Part shown: positions 1-9,468 of the stretch, piece by piece
Position numbering within the stretch: position 1 is the first letter of the stretch
How the letters are laid out: each line of letters begins with the position of its first letter
Origin: Longimicrobiales bacterium
GTDB lineage: Bacteria; Gemmatimonadota; Gemmatimonadetes; Longimicrobiales; Gaopeijiaceae
Assembly: GCA_965116905.1 (NCBI GenBank)
Contig: OZ220732.1
Location: forward strand, 1,472,001-1,536,000
Direction: 5' to 3'
Length of the DNA: 64,000 nt
Translations under genes and position numbers: made by a program
Notes under the pieces: generated by a model
What the model saw: the letters and a program-made list of their open reading frames with translations, nothing else
Database searches by the model: none
Told to the model about the DNA's origin: nothing

Positions 1-1
1 G

Positions 2-211
2 GGTCCGGCCCGCAGGAACACGGCCCTGATCTCCACCTTCGCGGGAGGGGCCTTGCTCTGGGCCGCCTCGCTGGCCGGCTGGCTCGAGCCGGTGCCCGAG
101 ACCGTGACGTCGGCCGCCGGCAGTCTGATCGTTGCGGGCGCGATGGTCCGGAGTGCCCGCATCTGCAAGGCCGGCGATTGCTCGGTGTGCGCCGACGCCG
201 AAGAGGATTGA
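2..211 (+). CDS. Partial (3' end) small membrane protein, possibly MerC-like
   Basis: Frame 2 reads ...TALISTFAGGALLWAASLAGWLEPVPETVTSAAGSLIVAGAMVRSARICKAGDCSVCADAEED* (TGA 209-211): two hydrophobic helices and a Cys-rich tail resembling MerC-domain C-termini. 5' part lies outside the window. Confidence 0.45.
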   Translation, partial: GPARRNTALISTFAGGALLWAASLAGWLEPVPETVTSAAGSLIVAGAMVRSARICKAGDCSVCADAEED

Positions 212-240
212 TTGAGGCGACTCCGGACGCCGCCCGATCC

Positions 241-297
241 AGCCCCGCCCTCCTACGGTAGCTCCGCCGTACTGGGGTAGCTCCGCCGTCCTACGGC
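241..297. repeat. Three tandem 19-bp imperfect repeats overlapping the stop of the PQQ dehydrogenase gene
   Basis: AGCCCCGCCCTCCTACGGT (241) / AGCTCCGCCGTACTGGGGT (260) / AGCTCCGCCGTCCTACGGC (279). Confidence 0.75.
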
Positions 298-1961
298 AGC
301 CCGAACACGAACATCGTCCCGCCCGCCGAGTTCACGATCCGCTGCTGTCCGTCGATCTCGAACGACATCGGGCCGCTCCGCACCGCCGCACCGGCCTGGA
401 AGTTCCACAGCGGCTCACCGGTCTCGGCATCGAGGGCGAAGATGTTGCCCTCTTCGCTCCCGCCGAACACGAGGTTGCCCGCCGTCGCCATCACCCCGGC
501 CCAGGGTGGCGACTGTAGCGGGAATTCCCACGTGAGCTCGCCGGTGAGCACGTCGAGCGCCTTGATCGCGCCGCTCGCCTCCTCGCCGCGCAGCGCCTGC
601 TCGCCGCCGCCCATGAACGGCTGGCCGGGCTCGTACTCGACCTCGGCCTTGTAGTAGATCGCGCCCATGATGCGCGTCGGCTGGTAGAACAGGCGCGTCA
701 TCGGGCTGTAGCTGGGGCTGAACCAGTTGGCCGCACCCTGCAGGCTGGGCCACACCAGGTTGCCCTCTTCGGTGGGATCGGTGCCGGGGATCACGATCGG
801 CCGCCCGTTCTCGTCCAGTCCTTCCGCCCAGGTCTGTTTCGAATACTGGGCGCCGTGCAGAAACTCGCCGGTTTCCCGGTCCAGCACGTAGTAGAACGCG
901 TTCCGGTTGGCGGTGACGACAAGCTTGCGCGGCTCGCCCTCCCACTCGGCGTCGACCAGCACCTGGATCTGGTTGGCGTCCCAGTCGTGGGTGTCGTGCG
1001 GGGTGAACTGGAACCACCACACGATCTCGCCCGTGTCGGGATCGAGCGCGAGGAGGCAGTCCGTGTAGAGGTTGTCGCCGGGGCGCACGTCGCCGTTCCA
1101 GTCGGGCGCCGGGTTGCCGACCGGCCAGTAGAGCAGGTCGAGTTCGGGGTCGTACGAGCCGGTCAGCCACGTCGATCCGCCGCCCGTCTCCCAGCTGTTG
1201 CCGCCCCAGGTGTCGCTGCCGAACTCGCCGGGGGCCGGAATCGTGTAGGTGCGCCAGATCAGCTCGCCGGTGTCCGGATCATAGGCGTCGATGAAGCCGC
1301 GCACCCCCGCCTCCGCGCCCGAGACGCCCACGATGATCTTCCCGTCCAGCGCCAGCGGCGCCAGCGTCAGCGAGAACCCGATCGCGTTGTCGGCCACCTC
1401 GACGTCCCACCTGACCGCCCCGGACCGCGCGTCGAGCGCCACGAGGTGCGCGTCGAGCGTCCCCACGTAGAGCGTCGAGCCCAGGATCGCGACCCCCCGG
1501 TTCACCTCGGGGAAGCCGATGTGCAGCACGTCGGATCCCATCCGCGGCGTCCATTTCCACAGCCGTTTTCCCGTGCGCGCGTCCAACGCCGTCACCGAAC
1601 TCGGCGGCTCGGTCACGTACATGACCCCGTCGGCCACGATCGGCGTCGTCTCGATCAGCCCCTCGTCCATCTGGTAGGCCCACATCACGCGCAGATCCGC
1701 CACGTTCCCCGCGTTGATCTGGTCCAACCGCGAGAACCGGTGCGACGCATAGTTGCCCGAGTAGGTCAGCCAGCTCTCGGGCTCGGAATCGGCCGCGACG
1801 AGGCGCTCGTAGGGGACCTGCGCGGTGGCCGGTTGAGCCATTGCCACGCCCAGCACCAAGGCCAGCGCCAGAGTCAGCGCCGGGGCCATTCCCGAACCTG
1901 CGCACCCGATGCGAGCCGCGAGCCCGCAGCCGTCCGGCATCTTCATGCTCCGTCTCCTCAT
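291..1961 (-). CDS. PQQ-dependent dehydrogenase, methanol/ethanol-family beta-propeller, exported
   Basis: Signal peptide; WLTYSGNY..HRFS.L.QIN, repeated AxDxxTGxxxW tryptophan-docking motifs, GNPAPDW, PHDTHDWDANQ; start ATG overlaps the TGA of the upstream cytochrome c gene. Confidence 0.92.
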   Translation of the reverse strand: MRRRSMKMPDGCGLAARIGCAGSGMAPALTLALALVLGVAMAQPATAQVPYERLVAADSEPESWLTYSGNYASHRFSRLDQINAGNVADLRVMWAYQMDEGLIETTPIVADGVMYVTEPPSSVTALDARTGKRLWKWTPRMGSDVLHIGFPEVNRGVAILGSTLYVGTLDAHLVALDARSGAVRWDVEVADNAIGFSLTLAPLALDGKIIVGVSGAEAGVRGFIDAYDPDTGELIWRTYTIPAPGEFGSDTWGGNSWETGGGSTWLTGSYDPELDLLYWPVGNPAPDWNGDVRPGDNLYTDCLLALDPDTGEIVWWFQFTPHDTHDWDANQIQVLVDAEWEGEPRKLVVTANRNAFYYVLDRETGEFLHGAQYSKQTWAEGLDENGRPIVIPGTDPTEEGNLVWPSLQGAANWFSPSYSPMTRLFYQPTRIMGAIYYKAEVEYEPGQPFMGGGEQALRGEEASGAIKALDVLTGELTWEFPLQSPPWAGVMATAGNLVFGGSEEGNIFALDAETGEPLWNFQAGAAVRSGPMSFEIDGQQRIVNSAGGTMFVFGLP

Positions 1962-2791
1962 GATCCCCTCCCGAGGGTCGTCAGGTACGCAACCAGGTCT
2001 TCCACGTCGTCTTCGTCGAGGTCCTGCGCCACCGGCATCAGCGAGTGCCCGACACGCTTCTCCATCTCGGCGATCTCGCTCTTGCGAAGCGACACGAAGG
2101 TCCCCGAAACCGTCATGAGCTGAATCGTGAACGAGTCCTCGTTCATCCGCATGCCGTTGTAGATGTCGCCGTCGCGCGTCACGATCCGCACCGGCAGGTA
2201 CTCGAAAAAGCCGCTCCTCGCCCCGGACCGCGCGACGGGCAGCCGGGCGGCGGGCGCGCTCAGGGCCTCGCGCAGGTAGTCCGCCCCCCGACGCAGCCCG
2301 ACGATCGTCAACTCAGGCCCGACGGCCGTACCCTGCCCGGCAACGATGTGGCACGAGGCGCAGTCACCGTCCGCCCAGAAGAGGTCGTGGCCCCGGTCGG
2401 CGTCGCCGGCAACCGTCGAGGCGTCCGCGGCAGCCTGCGCTCCGAGCCGGAGCACGTAGCCGGCCACCAGCGACACCGCGTCGTCGTCCAGCACCGTAGC
2501 GCGAGCCCCGGGCATGCCCGTCCCCGGGATCCCGAAGCGGATGATGCGTTCGAGCTGCCCCTGATCGGCAACCCTCGGCAGCGCGAGCTGAGCCAGTTCG
2601 GGCCCCTCGCCACCGAGCCCCTGAACGCCGTGGCAGCGCGCGCAGTGGGCGCGATAGAGCGTCTCGGCGCGCTCGGCATCTTCCAGTGCGACCGGCGTGT
2701 CAATAGCCTCCTGGGCCACCGCGGGCGCGCATGGGAGCAGCAGGATCGGTGCCGCGAGCAACAGCGGCCAGGTGGTCCGCGCGGTCCGCAT
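1958..2791 (-). CDS. Exported di-heme c-type cytochrome, probable partner of the PQQ enzyme
   Basis: Signal peptide ending AVA-Q; CARCH and CASCH heme motifs; GIPGTGMP and SLMP distal Met motifs; DLVAYL end. Confidence 0.9.
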   Translation of the reverse strand: MRTARTTWPLLLAAPILLLPCAPAVAQEAIDTPVALEDAERAETLYRAHCARCHGVQGLGGEGPELAQLALPRVADQGQLERIIRFGIPGTGMPGARATVLDDDAVSLVAGYVLRLGAQAAADASTVAGDADRGHDLFWADGDCASCHIVAGQGTAVGPELTIVGLRRGADYLREALSAPAARLPVARSGARSGFFEYLPVRIVTRDGDIYNGMRMNEDSFTIQLMTVSGTFVSLRKSEIAEMEKRVGHSLMPVAQDLDEDDVEDLVAYLTTLGRGS

Positions 2792-2967
2792 GTGGGTCGT
2801 TCCTTCGCGGAAGGGGTGGGTGGGGCAGTGCGACGGTTACCATACGGCGGCCACCGTTCCGCGGACAAGACGGTTTTGGGTGCCCACCGCGGGGGGAGGT
2901 TCGCGGCCGCCGCCCGGCTGCCCCGGACGTCAACTGGCCACCGTACGGACCCGGCGTGCCCGCGCGG

Positions 2968-3951
2968 TTACCGCCTCTCCCCCAGCGGCCTCCCGTCCAA
3001 CCCCCACGCCGGATCGATCGCGAAGCCGAGGTGGGCGAGCGCGGTAACCGGGATGTCCACGATGTAGGCGGGTCCGGGGGGTGGCCAGTCGGCGGTGACG
3101 GCGCCCGGGACGCTGCCCGTGCTGCCCGCCCTGCCGCCTGCGCCGCTGTCTCCCAACCCGCTCGCCAGGATGAAGATCGTCATCTCTTCGGGCGAGTCCC
3201 CGCCATGACCCCCGTCTTCGCGCCGTCCGTGGTCGGTGCTGATCAGCACCAGCCAGTCCTCGTTCGCGTACCCGGGACGGGCCCGCACCGCATCGATCAA
3301 CATGCCGACGTGCCGGTCGGACAGCGCGATCGCGTCCCGATACTCGACCCCGATCGAGCCGTGCTGGTGGCTGGTCTCGTCGGGGTTGCCAAGGTAGACG
3401 AACATGGCGTCGGGGTCCGCCTGACCAAGATGGTGCACGGCCTGGGCGGTGACTTCGCCGTCGCCTTCGGCCCACCCGTGGTCGTACCCGTTCAGCACGA
3501 CGCGCGTGTCGATCGCGTCGGGGAGCACCGGGCCGCCCTCCGGCAGCTCCGCCAGCGGCAGCCAGTCGACCGCGGCGAAGGTGGCCAGCTCGGGGCGCTC
3601 GCGTTCGATGCGCGTGAGGAAGCCGGGCCAGCTGTCGTAGTCGCGGCCCGTGAAGCTGTTGTTGGTGACGCCGTGCTTCCCGGGCCAGACACCGGTCAGC
3701 ATCGAGGACCACGACGGGCCGCTCACCGATGGCGTGGTGGTACGCGCCTCGGCCGTGTACCAGCCGCCCGCGGCCAGCGCGTCGATGTTGGGCGTCGGCA
3801 CCTCGGCAAGCACGTCCGGACGCACGCCGTCGATCCCGATCAGCAGGACCTTCGGGGTCGGCTGGGCGGCCAGCCCCGCGGAGACCGCCAGGGCGAGCGC
3901 CGCGGAGGTGGCCATGACGCGCGCCGCGGTCGGGATCCGTGTGCGCCTCAT
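2968..3951 (-). CDS. Alkaline phosphatase superfamily / nucleotide pyrophosphatase-phosphodiesterase, exported
   Basis: IGIDGVR, TPSVSGPSW, DETSH and STDHG metal motifs; start at 3951 (MRRTRIP) overlaps the TGA of the SRPBCC gene and gives a signal peptide. Confidence 0.85.
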   Translation of the reverse strand: MRRTRIPTAARVMATSAALALAVSAGLAAQPTPKVLLIGIDGVRPDVLAEVPTPNIDALAAGGWYTAEARTTTPSVSGPSWSSMLTGVWPGKHGVTNNSFTGRDYDSWPGFLTRIERERPELATFAAVDWLPLAELPEGGPVLPDAIDTRVVLNGYDHGWAEGDGEVTAQAVHHLGQADPDAMFVYLGNPDETSHQHGSIGVEYRDAIALSDRHVGMLIDAVRARPGYANEDWLVLISTDHGRREDGGHGGDSPEEMTIFILASGLGDSGAGGRAGSTGSVPGAVTADWPPPGPAYIVDIPVTALAHLGFAIDPAWGLDGRPLGERR

Positions 3952-4391
3952 CGTCCGGCCACCGTCTCTGCAATCCGCTCCAGGCAGATCGTCCACCCCT
4001 CCTTGTGACCGTCCCGGTCATCGGGCGTCGGGAATCCGTCATGCGTCAGACGGATCTCGGTCCCATCCTCGACCGGCACCAGGTCGACCGTGACCACCGT
4101 CTCCGCGTTCATCGCGTGCGCCTCCTCCTTCCAGCCCCAAGTGTACACGAGCCGCCGAGGCGGGTCGACTTCACGGTAGGTGCCGTGGGCGGTGAACGGC
4201 CCGCCCTCCACGTGCATGCGGATGGAGTAGTGCCCGCCCACCCGCAGGTCGATCTCCACGTCCACGCGCGCGCCCGGGTCGGGGCATGTCCAGAGCTTCA
4301 CCTGCTCCGGGTTGGTCCACGCCTCGAAGACCCGCTCGGGACTTGCGTCCAGGGTGCGAACGATGTGCAGTGCTCCTGTCGTCTCGGTCAT
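3948..4391 (-). CDS. SRPBCC/AHSA1 (START-like) domain protein
   Basis: ASPERVFEAWTNPEQV..W, DLRVGG.Y, GTYREVDPPRRLVYTW, GWTICL; directly downstream of ArsR. Confidence 0.92.
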   Translation of the reverse strand: MTETTGALHIVRTLDASPERVFEAWTNPEQVKLWTCPDPGARVDVEIDLRVGGHYSIRMHVEGGPFTAHGTYREVDPPRRLVYTWGWKEEAHAMNAETVVTVDLVPVEDGTEIRLTHDGFPTPDDRDGHKEGWTICLERIAETVAGR

Positions 4392-4398
4392 CGGTCCG

Positions 4399-4731
4399 TC
4401 ACTCCCCTTCCTTCAGGTACCGGGCCAGCGCGTCCATCTGTGTGGACCAGTAGCGCTGGTGGGCCTCCAGCCAGTCCTTCGCCTCGGCGACAGCGGCGGG
4501 TTCGAACCGGCAACGCCGCGACCTCCCCTCCTTCTTCCGGCTGATCAGCCCGGCGTCTTCGAGGATCCGCACGTGTCGAGACACCGCCACGAGCGATATG
4601 TCGAAGGGTTCGGCCAGCGCGGTGACCGACGCGATCTCACCCCGGGCGAGGCGCCCCAGAATGGCGCGCCGGGCCGGATGGGACAGGGCGGCAAAGGTGC
4701 GGTCGAGGGTGTCTTCCTGGACGGCAGGCAT
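4399..4731 (-). CDS. ArsR/SmtB family transcriptional regulator
   Basis: FAALSHPARRAIL..LA, AVSRHVRILEDAGLI, GRSRRC wHTH pattern; typical ArsR-SRPBCC pair. Confidence 0.93.
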   Translation of the reverse strand: MPAVQEDTLDRTFAALSHPARRAILGRLARGEIASVTALAEPFDISLVAVSRHVRILEDAGLISRKKEGRSRRCRFEPAAVAEAKDWLEAHQRYWSTQMDALARYLKEGE

Positions 4732-4780
4732 GACGGACTCCGGTCGCGGGGGACTGTCGGGATGTCAGGTGGATGGGACG

Positions 4781-4806
4781 AATACTAAACATAATGGTTA
4801 AGTATT
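4781..4806. promoter_or_regulatory. Imperfect palindrome, probable ArsR operator
   Basis: AATACTAAACATAATGGTTAAGTATT, an AT-rich inverted repeat between the divergent arsR-like and TonB receptor genes. Confidence 0.65.
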
Positions 4807-4874
4807 AGCGCTGCCACGGCTCCCTAACGTATGCCTGCGAGGCACTGTCCGATCTGCGGACCCCGAACAGGAGA

Positions 4875-7358
4875 GTGCCGATGCACCAGCGAACTACCGC
4901 CGACCGAACTCCGCCAGGTCTTTCCATACTCTTCCTCCTGGCCTCGCAAATCGTACCGCTGTCCGCCCTTGGCGCCCAGGACACCCGCTCCATCCAGGGA
5001 GTCGTCCGCGATTCCCTGAACGGCGAAGCCATCGTGCACGCGGCGGTCGCGGTCGCCGGGACGGCGTACCAGGTCAACACGAACGCGGACGGCTTCTTCA
5101 CGTTGGTGGGAGCCCCGCGCGAATCCTTCAACCTTCGAATCGTCCATATCGGCTACACACCCGTCGAAGTAATCGTGGATTCCGACTTCACCGGCAGGCT
5201 CAACATCGAGATTGCTCCACTGCCCGTGGAGTTGGAGGGAGTCGAGTTCGTAGCTGGCGAGTACCGCCTGATAAAGGCCACGGACGGCGTGAGCCGGGTC
5301 GCGGCGTCGCCTGCGGAAATGGCCGTGCTACCATCGGTTGGGGAGGTCGATGTCTTTCGCTCACTTCAGCTCCTGCCCGGAATCAGCGGCACGCGGGAGT
5401 CGTCTTCGGGGCTCTACGTGCGGGGCGGCACCCCGGATCAGAATCTCGTATTGCTCGACGGAATCACCGTCTACCACGTCGATCACTTCTTCGGGTTCTT
5501 CAGCGCCTTCAATGCCGAGGCGATCAAGGACATCCAGGTCTACAAGGGAGCGTATCCCGCACAATACGGTGGCCGGGTGTCCAGCGTAGTCGACATGGTC
5601 GGCAAGTCCGGCGATCCCGAGCGGATGCACTATGGCGCCGGTCTCAACCTACTCAGCGCCAGCGGCACCTTTCAGACCCCCATCGGGTCAACGGCCAATC
5701 TTCTGGTCACCGGGCGTCGCTCCTACACCGACGTAGTCCGAACGGGCCTGTACAACAGCATCTTCGACGTGTTCAACGTCAACACCGGACCGCAGGCGCC
5801 TGCGGGTGGCGGAGCCGGCGGGGGACGTGGCTTCGGCGGGGCGGGAGGGCTTTTCGGGTCCGCGAACCAGGACGCGGCGACACCGGACTTCCACTTCTAC
5901 GACCTCAACGCCAAGCTGACCTGGCTGCCGGGAGACCGGGACGTCGTCGCGTTCAGCCTCTACGGCGGACGCGACCATCTGGACAAGTCGCAGCAGCGGT
6001 CCCTGTCTTTCACCCCCAGGGGCCAGGCGGGCGACCAGAACTTCACCACGGCCATCGGTGACCTGACCGACTGGGGCAACCGCGGCGCGTCGGGCCGCTG
6101 GGGCCGCCAATGGGCGGGCGGGCTCACGACCAACGTGCTCGCCGCCTATTCCGAGTACACCTCCGACTACGGCCGCAACACGCGGGTGACCATTTCGGAC
6201 CCGGAGACCGCTGAAGTCACGCTGACCCGGGACCTGCAGTCGACCGAGGACAACTTCCTCACCGATCTCACCCTGCGAGCCGACAACGAGTGGCGTCCCT
6301 CGCCCGAGCACAATCTGCGCTTCGGCGGGTGGTTCAGCGCGACCGGCGCCGAATACCGCTACGTGAGGAACGACAGCATCACGATTCTGGACCAGACCCA
6401 GTCATCCACGCGCGTGGCGGCCTACGCGCAGGACACCTGGGACGTGGCGGAGCGGTTCTCGCTGACGGCCGGCGGCCGCGTCTCGTACGATCAGGCCACG
6501 GCAAGGAGCTATCTGGAGCCCCGCGCGTCCGCACGCCTGGCGCTGACCGACAGGGTCACGCTGAAGACGGCGGCCGGGCGATACCACCAGTTCGTCAACC
6601 GCGTCATAAACGAGAACGTGTCCGAAGGTTCACGCGACTTCTGGCTGCTCGTCGACAACGATCTCGTCGACGTGACCGCGTCGGACCACCTTGTGGCCGG
6701 GATGTCCTACGAGACCGACGGCTACCTGTTCGACATCGAGCTGTATCGCAAGGAGACGACGGGGCTGTCGGAGTTCTCGCTGAGGTTCCGTCGCAACAAC
6801 ATCGATCCGCTCAACCTGTTCTACGCGGGGACCGGGCTGGCACAGGGCGCGGAGCTTCTCGCCCAGAAGAAATTCGGAGCCTTCACCGGCTGGGTCTCGT
6901 ACACGCTTGCCGAGGTGCGCAACACCTTCCCCGAACTCAACGGCGGCAACTCGTTCCCCGCTCTCCACGACCAGCTTCACGAACTGAAGGCTGTCGGCAC
7001 TCTGTCGCTGGGCCGGTGGGATCTGGCGTCGACGTGGACGTTCGGATCGGGCACGCCCTACACGGCTCCTCAAGGGGAATACAGCGTCCAACTCCTTGAC
7101 GGAAGCTCCTTCAGCTACATCAACGTCAGTGCGAAGAACGGCCTGCGGCTGCCGGCCTATCACCGGCTCGATCTCAGCGCGCGCTACCGCTTCTCTCTCG
7201 GCGACTACGGTGGCGACCTGGGCATCTCGGTCTTCAACGCCTACGACCGCGCCAACGTCTGGTATCGCCAGTTCGAACTCGACACGACCCCCGCCATCGT
7301 CACCGACGTCAACTACGTCGGGCGGGTCCTCAACCTCTCCGTCCGCTTCAACCGCTAG
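4875..7358 (+). CDS. TonB-dependent receptor with N-terminal carboxypeptidase-regulatory-like domain
   Basis: TNADGFFTL N-domain; plug LQLLPGI...GLYVRGGTPDQNLVLLDG, YGGRVSSV; RLPAYHRLDLS; C-terminal barrel strand LSVRF. Confidence 0.93.
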   Translation: MPMHQRTTADRTPPGLSILFLLASQIVPLSALGAQDTRSIQGVVRDSLNGEAIVHAAVAVAGTAYQVNTNADGFFTLVGAPRESFNLRIVHIGYTPVEVIVDSDFTGRLNIEIAPLPVELEGVEFVAGEYRLIKATDGVSRVAASPAEMAVLPSVGEVDVFRSLQLLPGISGTRESSSGLYVRGGTPDQNLVLLDGITVYHVDHFFGFFSAFNAEAIKDIQVYKGAYPAQYGGRVSSVVDMVGKSGDPERMHYGAGLNLLSASGTFQTPIGSTANLLVTGRRSYTDVVRTGLYNSIFDVFNVNTGPQAPAGGGAGGGRGFGGAGGLFGSANQDAATPDFHFYDLNAKLTWLPGDRDVVAFSLYGGRDHLDKSQQRSLSFTPRGQAGDQNFTTAIGDLTDWGNRGASGRWGRQWAGGLTTNVLAAYSEYTSDYGRNTRVTISDPETAEVTLTRDLQSTEDNFLTDLTLRADNEWRPSPEHNLRFGGWFSATGAEYRYVRNDSITILDQTQSSTRVAAYAQDTWDVAERFSLTAGGRVSYDQATARSYLEPRASARLALTDRVTLKTAAGRYHQFVNRVINENVSEGSRDFWLLVDNDLVDVTASDHLVAGMSYETDGYLFDIELYRKETTGLSEFSLRFRRNNIDPLNLFYAGTGLAQGAELLAQKKFGAFTGWVSYTLAEVRNTFPELNGGNSFPALHDQLHELKAVGTLSLGRWDLASTWTFGSGTPYTAPQGEYSVQLLDGSSFSYINVSAKNGLRLPAYHRLDLSARYRFSLGDYGGDLGISVFNAYDRANVWYRQFELDTTPAIVTDVNYVGRVLNLSVRFNR

Positions 7359-7375
7359 ACACGGGAGCGAAAGAC

Positions 7376-8236
7376 ATGAATTCGCAGAACACTTTCAGCA
7401 TAGGGCCGGCGCGTGGCGGGGTCCTCGGGCTCCTCGCCGCGTCGGCCTGCCTGCTTGCGTGCTCCGGCACCACGACCAGTCCCGAGGCGGACGCGCGCCA
7501 GGTCGTCGTGGAGGCTTTCCTCTTCGCGGGCGAGCCGGTCGACGATGTCCGGCTCACCGAGACCGTGCCGCTGGGCGAGGATCCGGCCCTGGCGCCAACG
7601 GTCGATGACGCGGTCGTGACCCTGACGCGCGGCGGCGAGCGGTGGGTCCTGTCCCGCCTGGCGGAGCCCGGCGCCTACGGCTATCCGGGCGACGACCTGG
7701 AGGTGCGCGAAGATGACCTCTTTCGGATCGAGATCGAGGCGTTCGGCCGCACTGCCACGGGCGAAACCGTTGTTCCGGGACCGCCTGCCGGCGTAGAACT
7801 CGACACGGACATGCTGGAGGTGCCCGAGATCACGCCGGGGATCATCCAGACCGGGATCCTGCAGGCGCTCCAGGTGACCGTGACATGGGAAAACCCGGAC
7901 GGAGGCCTCCACTTCGTTGACGTGGAGGGACTGGACCCGGAAGCCGAGTCGATCCTTCCGGGCTTCAACCGTCCGGGCGGCCAGAGGTTCCGTATCCGAA
8001 GCGAGCCGACCGACGAGAACTTTCACACGATCAGGCTCCCGCAACTCGAACACCTGGGGCTCCATCGCACGATCGTCTACCGCGTCAACGGGGAATACGT
8101 CGACCTCTACCACAACCGGGTGCAGGACTCGCGCGACCTGAACGAACCGCCGAGCAACATCTCGGGCGGTCTTGGCGTTTTCAGCGCCTTCAACTCGGCG
8201 GAGCGCGAGTTCGTGCTGGTGCGGTCGTCGGGCTGA
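7376..8236 (+). CDS. Lipoprotein, DUF4249-like, partner of the TonB receptor
   Basis: Lipobox LLAC; VVVEAFL, TATGETVVP, SNISGGLGVFSA C-terminal motif; follows the receptor gene. Confidence 0.8.
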   Translation: MNSQNTFSIGPARGGVLGLLAASACLLACSGTTTSPEADARQVVVEAFLFAGEPVDDVRLTETVPLGEDPALAPTVDDAVVTLTRGGERWVLSRLAEPGAYGYPGDDLEVREDDLFRIEIEAFGRTATGETVVPGPPAGVELDTDMLEVPEITPGIIQTGILQALQVTVTWENPDGGLHFVDVEGLDPEAESILPGFNRPGGQRFRIRSEPTDENFHTIRLPQLEHLGLHRTIVYRVNGEYVDLYHNRVQDSRDLNEPPSNISGGLGVFSAFNSAEREFVLVRSSG

Positions 8237-8324
8237 GGGGTGGCCGCCATCGTGTCGGGAGGGCAGGTTGCCATGCGCAGCCGTATTGTGACACCGTGGT
8301 CGATCCGTTGCGCTGAGGAGGGTC

Positions 8325-8906
8325 ATGCCCATGACGACGCAGTCGGAAGCTCTTGCACTCATCGAAAAGGCCTGGCGAACGCGGTGGGAGGCGATGCAGT
8401 CGCCACCAGCCGACGCGGCCGCGGCCGAGGTCATCGCGGCACGGGTCGAAGCCGACCTGATCCGGGCTTGCGGGATCTGCCAGGAGATCGGCGCGGGCAA
8501 GGAGCTTTCGATTGCGTTGGGCAAGCTAGCGCACGTCGCGCTGGACCGCGGCCGGCCGGACAGGGCCCGGGAGCTGCTCGAGGAAGCGGTTGCCGCGGCC
8601 CGGGAGACCGGCGATTCGCTGCGGGTGGCGCACGCCGTGAGGCACCTGGGGCAGGTGCATCACCGACAGCGGCGGTGGGAACGGGCGGAAAAGTGCTACC
8701 GGGAAGCGCTCGACCTGTATGAGAGGACGGCCGGCGCTTCGCTGCTCGACCACGCGAACGCGCTTCGCCCCATGGCCATACTCCTCGAGGATCGCGGGGA
8801 CAAGGATGGGGCCGTGGGCGTGTGGCGGGAGGCGGCCCGGCTCTATCGGTCGGCCGGGGTCACGGCGGGCGTGGAGGAGTGCGAGGCGCGGATGGGGGGG
8901 CGGTAG
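8325..8906 (+). CDS. Tetratricopeptide repeat protein
   Basis: Repeated helical TPR-like units (ALGKLAHV...ARELLEEA; AVRHLGQV...AEKCYREAL); GAGGAG RBS upstream. Confidence 0.8.
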   Translation: MPMTTQSEALALIEKAWRTRWEAMQSPPADAAAAEVIAARVEADLIRACGICQEIGAGKELSIALGKLAHVALDRGRPDRARELLEEAVAAARETGDSLRVAHAVRHLGQVHHRQRRWERAEKCYREALDLYERTAGASLLDHANALRPMAILLEDRGDKDGAVGVWREAARLYRSAGVTAGVEECEARMGGR

Positions 8907-8918
8907 GCTGCGCATCCG

Positions 8919-9021
8919 CAACTGTCAATCTGCCTGCAATTGACAGTTGGGCCGGCGTGCCGAGTTGATGATGCCAGTTATATCCCTATGGCGCAGTGAC
9001 TTAGGACGTAACTGTCAATCT
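8919..9021. repeat. 11-bp perfect inverted repeat plus a third copy in direct orientation
   Basis: CAACTGTCAAT (8919-8929), 9-nt spacer, ATTGACAGTTG (8939-8949); AACTGTCAATCT recurs at 9010-9021. Confidence 0.8.
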
Positions 9022-9145
9022 ATAGAGATTGCTAATAGGTACCTTCTGGACTGTTCGCCGTGTGGGCAGGTACCAGTGCCACGGCGGCGACGACGGAGAT
9101 GGGGCGTTTCTGCTTCATGCTGGCTCTCCTGTGTTGTGACGCTAT

Positions 9146-9183
9146 GTGACTTGATTGGTCACTTTATCGAGACTAGATTGGTC
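9146..9183 (+). promoter_or_regulatory. Promoter/operator of the phd-vapC TA operon, probably leaderless
   Basis: GACTTGATTGGTC (9148-9160) and GACTAGATTGGTC (9171-9183) repeats; TTGATT(9151)-17 bp-TAGATT(9174); ATG at 9187 with no RBS. Confidence 0.65.
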
Positions 9184-9186
9184 CCT

Positions 9187-9468
9187 ATGACTACCGTGTC
9201 GATCTCTGCCCTCAAGGCCAACCTCTCGCGATACCTTCGCCATGTCCGGCGGGGCGGTGAAGTTCAGATCCTCGACCGCGGCCTGCCGGTTGCCCGGTTG
9301 ATGGCTCCCAGGCCGGGGGGCGACGACGCGGTCCGCGACCGGCTGGTAGGCGATGGCGTGCTCCGGCCCCGCGCGGGCCCGGCCATGTCGATCCTCGACA
9401 GCCCTCCCCTCGAGCTGCCGACAAGCATTTCGCAGGCCCTCGCGGAGGACCGGACTGACCGGCTGTGA
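9187..9468 (+). CDS. Phd/YefM family antitoxin
   Basis: MTTVSISALKANLSRYLRHVRRGGEVQILDRGLPVARL is the prevent-host-death N-terminus; stop overlaps the PIN gene start (GTGA). Confidence 0.9.
   Translation: MTTVSISALKANLSRYLRHVRRGGEVQILDRGLPVARLMAPRPGGDDAVRDRLVGDGVLRPRAGPAMSILDSPPLELPTSISQALAEDRTDRL

Noticed and set aside
2..211. Mercury resistance operon
   Set aside because: Only a partial MerC-like tail; no merA, merR, merT or merP in the window.
291..1961. Calling this mxaF or xoxF methanol dehydrogenase
   Set aside because: It lacks the vicinal Cys-Cys and the mxa/xox accessory genes.
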